The notes below the pieces were generated by a model. That model had not been told where the DNA came from. It made no database searches and saw only the letters and a list, made by a program, of their open reading frames with translations. From an uncultured Gammaproteobacteria bacterium (lineage in GTDB: Bacteria; Patescibacteriota; Patescibacteriia; UBA9934; GWF2-40-263), in contig CAZPPQ010000001.1 of the NCBI GenBank assembly GCA_964588505.1, positions 1 through 58,715 on the forward strand: 58,715 nucleotides of DNA, given 5' to 3'. Below, one piece after another: positions 26,401-34,373 of this stretch (the stretch's first letter is position 1; every line of letters starts with the position of its first letter). A program made the position numbers and the translations under genes.

Positions 26401-27901
26401 ACGGATGCTCTTCCTGTTTTAAAAGTCGGAACGCTTTTTGCAGGTGTTCTCTTCGCAAGGCTCCAGTGAGCATCAACATCCCGCCATACACAAAGGTCGC
26501 AAGCGGAATGCTTGCCGAAAAACCGACAAATGGACGAAAAAATTTCGTGCAAAGCCCCATCACAATCCCGCTCAACAAGACAGGCAGGACATGCCGGAAA
26601 AAGTCGCGATACACATACCCGGGAATGGCGTAACGCACCTGCCAGAGTCCGGCCAAAAACAGGAATGAAAAACTCACAAGCGCGGAAATCGCCGCGCCCA
26701 TGCTTTCAAAAATCGGAATGAGGATGATGTTCGCGACTATGTTCACAATCATCGTGACGGCGACGATCACCGTTTTTGTTTTTTGTCTTCCGACCGCATT
26801 CAAGAGCGAGCCGATCGGAAAATCAAGAAACAACGGGATGAGCGCAAAAACCAACACCTCGAGCACAGGCGCCGCATGACGATACGCATCGCCCGCAAGA
26901 AGAACCGCATCAGGCGCGATGGCCCACAATCCGAACACGATCGGCGCCGCGAGAAGCGCGAGATACCAAAATCCCTCGTTCAGCAATTCCGAAAGCTTCG
27001 CGCGATCCCCGTCTGACTGACAGGCGGGTTTTCCGGCGACAGCGCTCATGCCGGGATAGAGCGCGGCGACAAACGCCATGGGCAAAAATTGGAACGCGTA
27101 CGTAAATTTGTACGCGACGCTATACACGCCGACAGCGGTTGTGCCGGAAAAAAAAGCGAGGATAATCGCGTCAGCCGAGGAATAGACTTTTGTGAAAATA
27201 CCGGCGAGCGCGAACGGGATCGCTGTCCAAAACAGCCGCCGCGCGCCCACATCGAATTGTGGAAAAAACGCGCGCCATCCGATCCGTTCAGCCACGCGCG
27301 TCGCGGAAAAAATCATATTAAAAATGCTCCCGCACAAAAGAACGAAAACGAGAAGCCAGAGAGACGGAAAGAAAATCAGCGCAACACCGCCGAGACAGAG
27401 CGTGATGCATTGGCCGATAAAGATTCCAAACGACTCATATTTCAAAAGATGAAACCCACGAAGGATACCGTAGAAAAGCAAAGAAAACGCATCGGCGATC
27501 ATCACGAGACATGCGAGCCATACGAGCAGGCGCACCGTCTCGTCAAATCCGAACGCAAAAGACGCGATGAATGTAAATAGAACAGCAATCACGCACAGAG
27601 GAATCTTGAGTCCGATCCCCTGCCGCAAAAGACGAACGGCTTGCGCCGGATCTTTTGCAATGTCGCGAATGAGCACGGAGGTTACGCCGAAATCCGTGAC
27701 AACGGAAAATAACCCCGTGAGCGAGAGCGCTAAAAAATAGGCACCGGTTCCTTCAGGTTTCATCACGCGCGCGAGCAACAAAAAATAGGCAAAAGCGAGG
27801 ACTTTTTGCCCAATGGAAGCGGCCGTGAGATAGAGCGTATTTTTTGCGACGTGTTCTGACATAACTGCGGAAATCATACCAGTTTTAGCCGAAAAAATCA
27901 A
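26372..27901 (-). CDS. Wzx/MOP-family polysaccharide flippase
   Basis: 509 aa with about 12-14 TM helices. The N-terminus VAKNTLYLTAASIGQKVLAFAYFLLLAR is typical of the polysaccharide biosynthesis protein family. Start uncertain. Confidence 0.7.
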   Translation of the reverse strand: MIFSAKTGMISAVMSEHVAKNTLYLTAASIGQKVLAFAYFLLLARVMKPEGTGAYFLALSLTGLFSVVTDFGVTSVLIRDIAKDPAQAVRLLRQGIGLKIPLCVIAVLFTFIASFAFGFDETVRLLVWLACLVMIADAFSLLFYGILRGFHLLKYESFGIFIGQCITLCLGGVALIFFPSLWLLVFVLLCGSIFNMIFSATRVAERIGWRAFFPQFDVGARRLFWTAIPFALAGIFTKVYSSADAIILAFFSGTTAVGVYSVAYKFTYAFQFLPMAFVAALYPGMSAVAGKPACQSDGDRAKLSELLNEGFWYLALLAAPIVFGLWAIAPDAVLLAGDAYRHAAPVLEVLVFALIPLFLDFPIGSLLNAVGRQKTKTVIVAVTMIVNIVANIILIPIFESMGAAISALVSFSFLFLAGLWQVRYAIPGYVYRDFFRHVLPVLLSGIVMGLCTKFFRPFVGFSASIPLATFVYGGMLMLTGALRREHLQKAFRLLKQEEHPYAGHPSLDA

Positions 27902-27935
27902 AAACAGAGCCTTGCGGTCCTGTCTTGATTTCGCA

Positions 27936-28364
27936 TTAACGTTTTGCCCACTGCGGAGAACGACGGGCAGATTTCTTTCCGTATTTTTTGCGCTCGCGCA
28001 CGCGCGCGTCGCGTGTCAAGAATCCGGCCTTTTTCAATGTCGCGCGATAGTCAGGATTGAACGCAATCAACGCGCGGGCAATGCCCAGGCGTGCGCTTTC
28101 AGCCTGGCCGCGAACGCCACCGCCCCTGATTTTAATCGTAAAAGAAAACTTCTCTTCTCCTCCGACCAAAGTCAATGGAGAAACAACGATCTGCTGCAAG
28201 AGAGGCGTTGGAAAATACGTTTTGTATTCCTTGTCGTTCACCGTAATCGAACCGTCTCCGTTCGGAAACAAACGCACCTGCGAGGTGGCCTCTTTGCGCC
28301 GCCCGCGAGATCGGGTGTATGCGCGTTCATCGGTCTTTTCGATTGTTGTTGGTTTTTCTGCCAT
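27936..28364 (-). CDS. rpsI: 30S ribosomal protein S9
   Basis: IKIRGGGVRGQAESARLGIARAL motif; C-terminal basic tail. Confidence 0.95.
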   Translation of the reverse strand: MAEKPTTIEKTDERAYTRSRGRRKEATSQVRLFPNGDGSITVNDKEYKTYFPTPLLQQIVVSPLTLVGGEEKFSFTIKIRGGGVRGQAESARLGIARALIAFNPDYRATLKKAGFLTRDARVRERKKYGKKSARRSPQWAKR

Positions 28365-28367
28365 AGG

Positions 28368-28721
28368 CTATTTCAAGATGGTGAGACGCTTCATCCGTCC
28401 GTCGCGCATTTTATTTTTCGGAATCATACGGGAAACCGCGCGCCGTAGAACATCTTGCGGATGGTCCCGCATCACGATTTTCATTGGCTCTGCCTTAAAC
28501 CCGCCGGGATGGGCCGTGTGGCCATAATAAACCCGCTGATCGAGCTTCTTGCCGGTAAACGCCATTTTGGAAGCATTTACGACTTCAACCGAATCCCCGC
28601 TATCTATGTTCGGTGTAAAACCGGCCTTCCCTTTTCCGATCAGAAAAGAGGCAATCTTGGTTGCGAGACGTCCGGGTGTTTTTCCCGCGGCATCAATTTT
28701 CTGAATCTCTCTTTTAATCAT
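28368..28721 (-). CDS. rplM: 50S ribosomal protein L13 (short, 117 aa)
   Basis: DAAGKTPGRLATKIASFL...YYGHTAHPGG is collinear with L13. N- and C-termini are trimmed compared with the E. coli protein. Confidence 0.9.
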   Translation of the reverse strand: MIKREIQKIDAAGKTPGRLATKIASFLIGKGKAGFTPNIDSGDSVEVVNASKMAFTGKKLDQRVYYGHTAHPGGFKAEPMKIVMRDHPQDVLRRAVSRMIPKNKMRDGRMKRLTILK

Positions 28722-28728
28722 AGTTCGA

Positions 28729-29079
28729 TCAAACTAATTCAATCATAACAACATTCGCTCCGTCATTTTGACGACGGCCGAGTTTTATGATGCGCGTGTA
28801 ACCTCCGGCGCGCGAAGCGTAACGCGGCCCGAGCACTTCCAAAATTTTCTTCACCGGATGCGCCGTATAAAAAACTTTCATCAGTTCGCGGCGGGAAGCA
28901 AGCGTCGGTTTTTTTCCTGTCGTAATCGCCCGTTCAACCAAAGAACGGACCGCGCGGGCCTTGGCATCGGTCGTCTTGATTTTTTCGTATAAAATAACGC
29001 TCGCCGCCAAATTACGGAGAAGCGAACGTCGCGGCCCTGCCTTGCGATCAAGTGTTTTTCCTTGTTTTCGATGGCGCAT
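28729..29079 (-). CDS. rplQ: 50S ribosomal protein L17
   Basis: MRHRKQGKTLDRKAGPRRSLLRNL... is the canonical L17 N-terminus. Confidence 0.95.
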   Translation of the reverse strand: MRHRKQGKTLDRKAGPRRSLLRNLAASVILYEKIKTTDAKARAVRSLVERAITTGKKPTLASRRELMKVFYTAHPVKKILEVLGPRYASRAGGYTRIIKLGRRQNDGANVVMIELV

Positions 29080-29105
29080 AATTCATTCCCGAGACCTCTG
29101 TAAAT

Positions 29106-29834
29106 TTATTCCTCTGCCGGCGGTTCTGCGGATTCCGCAAAGGCCGATGGATTTTGCCGTAAAATCGAAAAAAAGTCAATCAATGTTTTTGCGGACTCAC
29201 GGACCGCTTCCTCCGGAAGGATGGTTCCATCCGTTTCAATCGTCATAATGAGCTTGTCATAGTTGGTAATTTCGCCGACGCGGGTGTTTTCCACCCGGTA
29301 TCCTACGTTGCGTACCGGAGAAAACAAGGCATCAATCGCCAGTGTTCCGATTTCAAGATTTTCGTTCACGCGTTCCTCAGTCGGAGAATATCCGCGCCCG
29401 CGGCTTACGGTCAATTCCATCTCGAAACGCGCTTTCGGATCCGTCAGTGTCGCTAATTTTATCTCCGGATTCACGATTTCCACATCCGCATTCGGCTCGA
29501 TATCCTTTCCGGTTACGGATTTCAACCCGTCCGCCTTTAAAAAAAGCTTCACCGGTTCTTCGCTAAAACACTTCAGCCGGAGGGATTTAAGATTCAAAAT
29601 GATCTCGAGAACATCTTCTTTCACGTTTTCAACAGCCTGAAATTCATGCGAGACTCCCTTGATCTTTACGGCAACAACGGCCGCCCCTGGAAGGGAGGAA
29701 AGCAAAACGCGGCGCAGGGCGTTTCCCAATGTCGTCCCATATCCGTGAAAACAAGGCTCGACGATCATCACCCCCTCGTGTGGGCGCGACCCTGGCTCGA
29801 AACGGATTGAAGACGGAAGAAGAATGTTCTCCAT
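29106..29834 (-). CDS. rpoA: DNA-directed RNA polymerase alpha subunit, N-terminal domain only (242 aa)
   Basis: GYGTTLGNALRRVLLSSLPGAAV motif. The ORF ends after the NTD and rplQ starts 26 nt later. Confidence 0.9.
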   Translation of the reverse strand: MENILLPSSIRFEPGSRPHEGVMIVEPCFHGYGTTLGNALRRVLLSSLPGAAVVAVKIKGVSHEFQAVENVKEDVLEIILNLKSLRLKCFSEEPVKLFLKADGLKSVTGKDIEPNADVEIVNPEIKLATLTDPKARFEMELTVSRGRGYSPTEERVNENLEIGTLAIDALFSPVRNVGYRVENTRVGEITNYDKLIMTIETDGTILPEEAVRESAKTLIDFFSILRQNPSAFAESAEPPAEE

Positions 29835-29857
29835 ACGATCGAGAGACGAAAATTAAA

Positions 29858-30478
29858 TTAGCGGGAATAAAATTCAACGATGAGCGTCGGATCGAACACC
29901 TGCCGCAAATCCTCTCCTTCCGGCAAGGCAATCACTTTTCCTGAAAGGCCTGCCATGTCCAACGAAAGCCATCTTGACGGCTCGTATTTTGCCAGGCGTT
30001 CTGTCGCGCCGGCAAAAATCCCTTTTTTCTTTTTTGTCTCTTTGACCGCGATCACATCTCCAACGCGGACGCGGTAAGACGGAATGTCAACGTTTTTTCC
30101 GTTCACCGTAAAAAAACCGTGATTGACCAGCTGGCGGGATTGGCGGCGCGTAATCCCGAACCCGAGGCGATAGACGGCGTTGTCAAGACGGCGTTCAAGC
30201 AACTCGACGAGATACGTCGCCGTGTTTCCGGTTTTTCCGGTCGCTTCTTCAAAATATTTTCGGAACTGGCGTTCCATAACAAGATACAAGCGTTTGGCTT
30301 TCTGTTTTTCGCGCAATTGAGTCCCATACGAAGACAAACGCGGCCGACGCCCTTCTTGGGCCGGCCCATGCTGTCCCGGTGCGAACGCACGGCGCTTCAC
30401 CGCGCATTTTTCCCGTCCACAGAGCGATACGCCTTCACGGCGGCACAATTTACATGTTGTTTTGAGTGATGCTCCCAT
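29858..30478 (-). CDS. rpsD: 30S ribosomal protein S4
   Basis: 206 aa with an N-terminal Cys-containing segment (CKLCRREG) and an S4 RNA-binding domain. Confidence 0.95.
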   Translation of the reverse strand: MGASLKTTCKLCRREGVSLCGREKCAVKRRAFAPGQHGPAQEGRRPRLSSYGTQLREKQKAKRLYLVMERQFRKYFEEATGKTGNTATYLVELLERRLDNAVYRLGFGITRRQSRQLVNHGFFTVNGKNVDIPSYRVRVGDVIAVKETKKKKGIFAGATERLAKYEPSRWLSLDMAGLSGKVIALPEGEDLRQVFDPTLIVEFYSR

Positions 30479-30487
30479 AGTTTCAAA

Positions 30488-30907
30488 TTAAACCCGGCGA
30501 GGACGCGGCGAACGACAGCCATTATGCGGCAAAGAAGTCACATCCTTGATTCCAAGCACGTTGAATCCTTGCGCATTCAGTGCGCGAATCGCTGAATCGC
30601 GTCCTTGGCCGACTCCTTTTGCATAAATGAAAATGTCCTTTAACCCTGTTTCCGCCACGCGTTCGGCAACCGTCTTTACGATCACGCCGGCCGCATACGG
30701 GGTGGCCTTTTTTGGACCGCGAAATCCGCAGTTTCCCGCACTCGCCCAAGCAATCGTATTACCGTTTATGTCCGTCAAGGTGACGATTGTGTTATTGTAC
30801 GTCGTATGGACGTAAGCGCACCCTTGCGACACTTGTCTCACGGCTTTTTTCTTTTTCGTTCTTTCTTTGACAGCCGGAACCGTGGAAGTTGTTTTTTCAT
30901 TTGCCAT
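30488..30907 (-). CDS. rpsK: 30S ribosomal protein S11
   Basis: YVHTTYNNTIVTLTD...GFRGPKKATPYAA motifs. ATG 30907 is preferred over the GTG at 30919 used by the track. Confidence 0.9.
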   Translation of the reverse strand: MANEKTTSTVPAVKERTKKKKAVRQVSQGCAYVHTTYNNTIVTLTDINGNTIAWASAGNCGFRGPKKATPYAAGVIVKTVAERVAETGLKDIFIYAKGVGQGRDSAIRALNAQGFNVLGIKDVTSLPHNGCRSPRPRRV

Positions 30908-30924
30908 ATTACTATTCACGAGCC

Positions 30925-30945
30925 ATTAGGCGTTAGGCGTTAGCC
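30925..30945. repeat. octamer units ggcgttag x2 inside the ribosomal operon
   Basis: attaggcgttaggcgttagcc between rpsM and rpsK. Confidence 0.7.
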
Positions 30946-30985
30946 ATCGAATCGAGCTACATGCAAAAGGCTAAAGGCTGGGTCT

Positions 30986-31372
30986 TTACGTCTTAGTCAA
31001 CATACGGCGACCGCTGGTCATCGTGCGGCGCACATTGCCGCGCACGGTCCTCGAATTCGTCTTTGTTCTCTGTCCGCGCGCCGGAAGATGTTTGATGTGG
31101 CGCGCTCCGCGGTAACAGCCGATTTCTTTCAAGCGTTTGATGTTTGAAAGCGTCGTGCGGCGAAGATCACCTTCGAGGCGATACTGTTTTTCGAGAATCT
31201 GACGGATCGCGTTTGCCTGATCTTCCGTCAAGTCTTTAGCGCGGATCTCATGGCTGATATTTGCCTCTTTCAACACTTTGCGGGCCGTCGAGTCGCCGAC
31301 GCCGTAAATATAAGTAAGCGCGATCACGATGCGCTTGTCATTCGGAAGAGTTACGCCTGAAATACGTGCCAT
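30986..31372 (-). CDS. rpsM: 30S ribosomal protein S13
   Basis: [26 protein letters not shown] is the canonical S13 N-terminus. Confidence 0.95.
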   Translation of the reverse strand: MARISGVTLPNDKRIVIALTYIYGVGDSTARKVLKEANISHEIRAKDLTEDQANAIRQILEKQYRLEGDLRRTTLSNIKRLKEIGCYRGARHIKHLPARGQRTKTNSRTVRGNVRRTMTSGRRMLTKT

Positions 31373-31373
31373 A

Positions 31374-31487
31374 TTAGCCTTGACGCTGTTTATGTCTCGG
31401 GTTCTTGCAAATCACAACCACTCGACCTCTGCGTCTGATAACTTTGCAGTCTCGACAAATGGCTTTTGCTGAAGACCGGACTTTCAT
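31374..31487 (-). CDS. rpmJ: 50S ribosomal protein L36 (37 aa, below the ORF-track size cut-off)
   Basis: Hand translation of the minus strand gives [37 protein letters not shown] followed by a stop, matching the L36 zinc-ribbon pattern CxxC...CxxxH. Confidence 0.9.
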   Translation of the reverse strand: MKVRSSAKAICRDCKVIRRRGRVVVICKNPRHKQRQG

Positions 31488-31510
31488 AATCGAAGAAATG
31501 ATGAAGCAGA

Positions 31511-31540
31511 AACGTCATCGAGAAATTTCCCGATGACGTT
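31511..31540 (-). other. perfect 10-bp hairpin between infA and rpmJ
   Basis: aacgtcatcg (10-nt loop) cgatgacgtt. Confidence 0.6.
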
Positions 31541-31558
31541 CAGGAGAATTTTTGAGAT

Positions 31559-31783
31559 TTAAAAACGATACACGATGCGCCCTTTTGTCAGATCATACGG
31601 GCTCATTTCCACTTTCACTTCATCCCCTGGGAGAATCCGAATATGATTCATCCGCATCTTTCCGGAAAGATGGCCCAAAATGACCTGATCGTTTTCTAAG
31701 GTAATCTTGAATTGAGCCGCCGGCAGAAGCTCATCCACCGTTCCCCGCATCTCGATAAACTGCTTTGTCCCTTGGTCACTCAT
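31559..31783 (-). CDS. infA: translation initiation factor IF-1
   Basis: [12 protein letters not shown]...[39 protein letters not shown] 31783 gives the usual ~74 aa; ATG 31804 is also possible. Confidence 0.9.
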   Translation of the reverse strand: MSDQGTKQFIEMRGTVDELLPAAQFKITLENDQVILGHLSGKMRMNHIRILPGDEVKVEMSPYDLTKGRIVYRF

Positions 31784-31902
31784 AAAGTGCGAAAATTCTA
31801 TCATCTAAGCCAAAAGTTCGCAAGGGGGCTGTGGATATTCAAATGTGGGCATATTTTAGAGAAACCCTTAAAAAATGTCAAGTGAATATTTTGATGGAAA
31901 TT

Positions 31903-32002
31903 TTAGGTGATAGCTTAGAGGTGATAGCTTATAAAAATTGGCTCATAAAAGCGATAAAAAATCTCCTATAAACTATAAGCTATAAGCTAAAACCTATAAG
32001 CC
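31903..32002. repeat. inverted octamer arrays (ggtgatag/gcttatag ... cctataag/ctataagc)
   Basis: ttaggtgatagcttagaggtgatagcttataa, then a spacer, then ctcctataaactataagctataagctaaaacctataagcc. The last unit supplies the alaS stop codon (minus-strand gcttatag). Confidence 0.8.
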
Positions 32003-33862
32003 CCCCTCGACGACGGCCTTAATTCTCCGGATTCCGGAAGCGACAGCCTCCTCTTTTACGATCTTGAAATTTTCCAGCTCTCCTGTGCGCTCCACATGCG
32101 GACCGCCGCACACTTCCTTGCTAAAATAATCGCCGGTCTTTTCGTCTCCGATAAAATAGACTTTGATCTGATCTCCGAGTGTCGCGTATGTATCCTCAAA
32201 CACACCGATCGCTCCGCGTTGTTTCGCTTCGACAACGCTCATGATTTCAAAATGCACCGGCAGATTTTTTTTGATGGCGTCGTTCACGATCCCTTCGATT
32301 TTTTTTAATTGCTCCGGTGTCACCTTTTGCGGATGAGAAAAGTCAAAACGCAGACGCTCGCTCGTGATGTTTGATCCTTTTTGAAACACGTGATCGCCGA
32401 GCACAAGACGGAGCGCTTGATCCAAAAGATGCGTCGCTGTATGCAATCGTGTCGTTTCCTCCGAACGGTCAGCGAGCCCGCCGGTGAATTTCTGTTCCGC
32501 TCCGGCGCGCGAAAGTTGCTGATGCTTTTTGAACTCCGCGCCAAATGTTTCGCGGTCTACATCCTGACCGCGATCTTTCGCGAGCTCCTCGGTTAGCTCC
32601 AGCGGAAATCCGTAAGTTGAATACAAAATAAACGCGTCTTCTCCGGAAATCGCCGAACCTTTCAAAAACATTTTCTCGAACTCGCGCAAACCTTTTTCCA
32701 AAGTTTTTCCGAATTTCTTTTCCTCGCGCGCGAGTTCATCAAAAATACGACTTTTGTTTTTCGCAAGCTCCGGATAGACATCTTTATACCTTTCAACAAC
32801 GACCTCGGCGATTGCAACCATAAACGATCCGGCTATTCCAAGCTGGCGGCCATGGCGCACCGCGCGTCGAATCAAGCGGCGCAAGACATATCCCTGCTCA
32901 ACATTCGACGGCGCAACTCCGCGCGCGTCCCCAAGAACAAACACGGCCGCGCGCGTATGGTCCGCGATAATGCGTGTGGAACGGTTAGAGGACATAAAAG
33001 ACCTATAGGACATATCGGAACGTTTTTCGATCGCTTCAAGCATCGGCGCGAACGCGTCCGTTTCAAACACGGTTGCCGCGCTGTTCACTACCGCGGTGAT
33101 GCGCTCGAGTCCCATACCTGTATCCACGTTGCGGTGAGTAAGAGGAACATAATCTCCGTCCGCAGTCTTGTTATACTGCATAAACACATCATTCCAAATC
33201 TCAATAAACCGGCCGCAGTCGCAAGCCGGATGACACGCAACGCCAAACGCCGCATCGTGCGGCCGTCCGGAGTCATAATACATTTCCGTATCTGGACCGC
33301 ATGGGCCCGTGAGTCCAGCCGGACCCCACCAATTCTGCTTTCGGCCATAAGGATAGATGCGCGCGCCGCCCGCAATGTCAGGAGACTCAGCATCGGCAAC
33401 TTCTGCATTGATTCCGGAACTTTGAAACGCCTTTTTCCACATTTCGATCGCTTCATCGTCGCGAAAAATCGCACCATCCCCCCGGAACACACTCACATAT
33501 AATCGTTTCGGATCCAACCCGAGCCACTTTTTTCCCGTAAGAAACTCGAAACTCCACACGATCGCTTCTTCTTTGAAATAGTCACCGAGCGACCAGTTTC
33601 CAAGCATTTCAAAAAAAGTCAGGTGCCGATTGTCTCCGACTTCATCAATGTCGCCGGTGCGAATGCATTTTTGCACATTTGCGATCCGTGGGCCGCCAGG
33701 ATGCGTTTGTCCTAAAAGATACGGCACGAGCGGATGCATTCCGGAGGTCGTGAATAACACGGTCGGATCATTTTCCGGAATCAACGAGGCGGAAGGAATG
33801 ATCGTGTGTTCTTTTTGTTTGAAAAATTCGAGAAATTTTGCGCGGATGTCGGCAGTGGTCAT
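31994..33862 (-). CDS. alaS: alanine--tRNA ligase, short form (622 aa) ending after the editing domain
   Basis: Class II catalytic core and the editing-domain motif HTATHLL...H. No C-Ala domain. Confidence 0.9.
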   Translation of the reverse strand: MTTADIRAKFLEFFKQKEHTIIPSASLIPENDPTVLFTTSGMHPLVPYLLGQTHPGGPRIANVQKCIRTGDIDEVGDNRHLTFFEMLGNWSLGDYFKEEAIVWSFEFLTGKKWLGLDPKRLYVSVFRGDGAIFRDDEAIEMWKKAFQSSGINAEVADAESPDIAGGARIYPYGRKQNWWGPAGLTGPCGPDTEMYYDSGRPHDAAFGVACHPACDCGRFIEIWNDVFMQYNKTADGDYVPLTHRNVDTGMGLERITAVVNSAATVFETDAFAPMLEAIEKRSDMSYRSFMSSNRSTRIIADHTRAAVFVLGDARGVAPSNVEQGYVLRRLIRRAVRHGRQLGIAGSFMVAIAEVVVERYKDVYPELAKNKSRIFDELAREEKKFGKTLEKGLREFEKMFLKGSAISGEDAFILYSTYGFPLELTEELAKDRGQDVDRETFGAEFKKHQQLSRAGAEQKFTGGLADRSEETTRLHTATHLLDQALRLVLGDHVFQKGSNITSERLRFDFSHPQKVTPEQLKKIEGIVNDAIKKNLPVHFEIMSVVEAKQRGAIGVFEDTYATLGDQIKVYFIGDEKTGDYFSKEVCGGPHVERTGELENFKIVKEEAVASGIRRIKAVVEGGL

Positions 33863-33872
33863 ACTGGGTTCT

Positions 33873-33897
33873 TGGGCGTTAGGCGTTAGGCTCTAGG
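33873..33897. repeat. octamer units ggcgttag/ggctctag upstream of alaS
   Basis: gggcgttaggcgttaggctctagga read directly. Confidence 0.75.
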
Positions 33898-33946
33898 ATT
33901 TTGTTTCGAATGAAGTGTACAAAAAATCAAGGCGGAGGTCTAGAGG

Positions 33947-33990
33947 AAAAAAAACGGCGGCATTTCCTGCTGTCACAGGCCATGCCGTCG
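33947..33990 (-). terminator. rho-independent terminator (minus strand)
   Basis: On the minus strand: cgacggcat, loop, atgccgccg, followed by eight T residues. Confidence 0.7.
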
Positions 33991-34164
33991 AAAAAATTTT
34001 CTATGATTTTCCACGCAAGCCCAAACCCGCTGCCGCGCATCGGTAATACCGAAACATCTGCGACTGGCTTTTCGGACGAAACACTCTATGAAACCGACTT
34101 CTTTCTTAAAGCCGTTTGCGCGTCTCTACGAGTTATTTATGAGAGACCCTCTGTCCCAAACAGC
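33947..34164 (-). ncRNA. candidate sRNA (~215 nt) between murJ and alaS
   Basis: A consensus-like promoter (34171-34199) and a strong terminator (33947-33990) enclose a stretch with several local hairpins and no ORF with an RBS. Confidence 0.4.
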
Positions 34165-34170
34165 TGGGAG

Positions 34171-34199
34171 AAATTATCAAAAAACAACTATTTTGTCAA
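34171..34199 (-). promoter_or_regulatory. sigma70-type promoter with extended -35 TTGACAAAAT
   Basis: Minus strand: TTGACA, 17-nt spacer, TAATTT. The -35 ends 2 nt from the F1 copy B boundary. Confidence 0.5.
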
Positions 34200-34201
34200 T
34201 A

Positions 34202-34362
34202 GGGATCTCTGCAAAAGTCCATTTCAGGATGAAAGCGAGGAATGTTTTCCGGATGCGAGGAAGGATTCCGGAAATGATATCGCCATATCATTGAGGAATC
34301 CTGACGACGCAGCCGGGAAACATAACCGCTTTCAGGCCGGAAGCGACTTTTGCAGAGGTCCC
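34202..34362 (+). repeat. F1 long-hairpin element, copy B, 161 nt
   Basis: Identical to copy A except one A-to-G change, which turns an A:T stem pair into G:T (G:U in RNA). Ends 11 nt from the murJ stop. Confidence 0.85.
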
Positions 34363-34373
34363 AATATCAAAAA

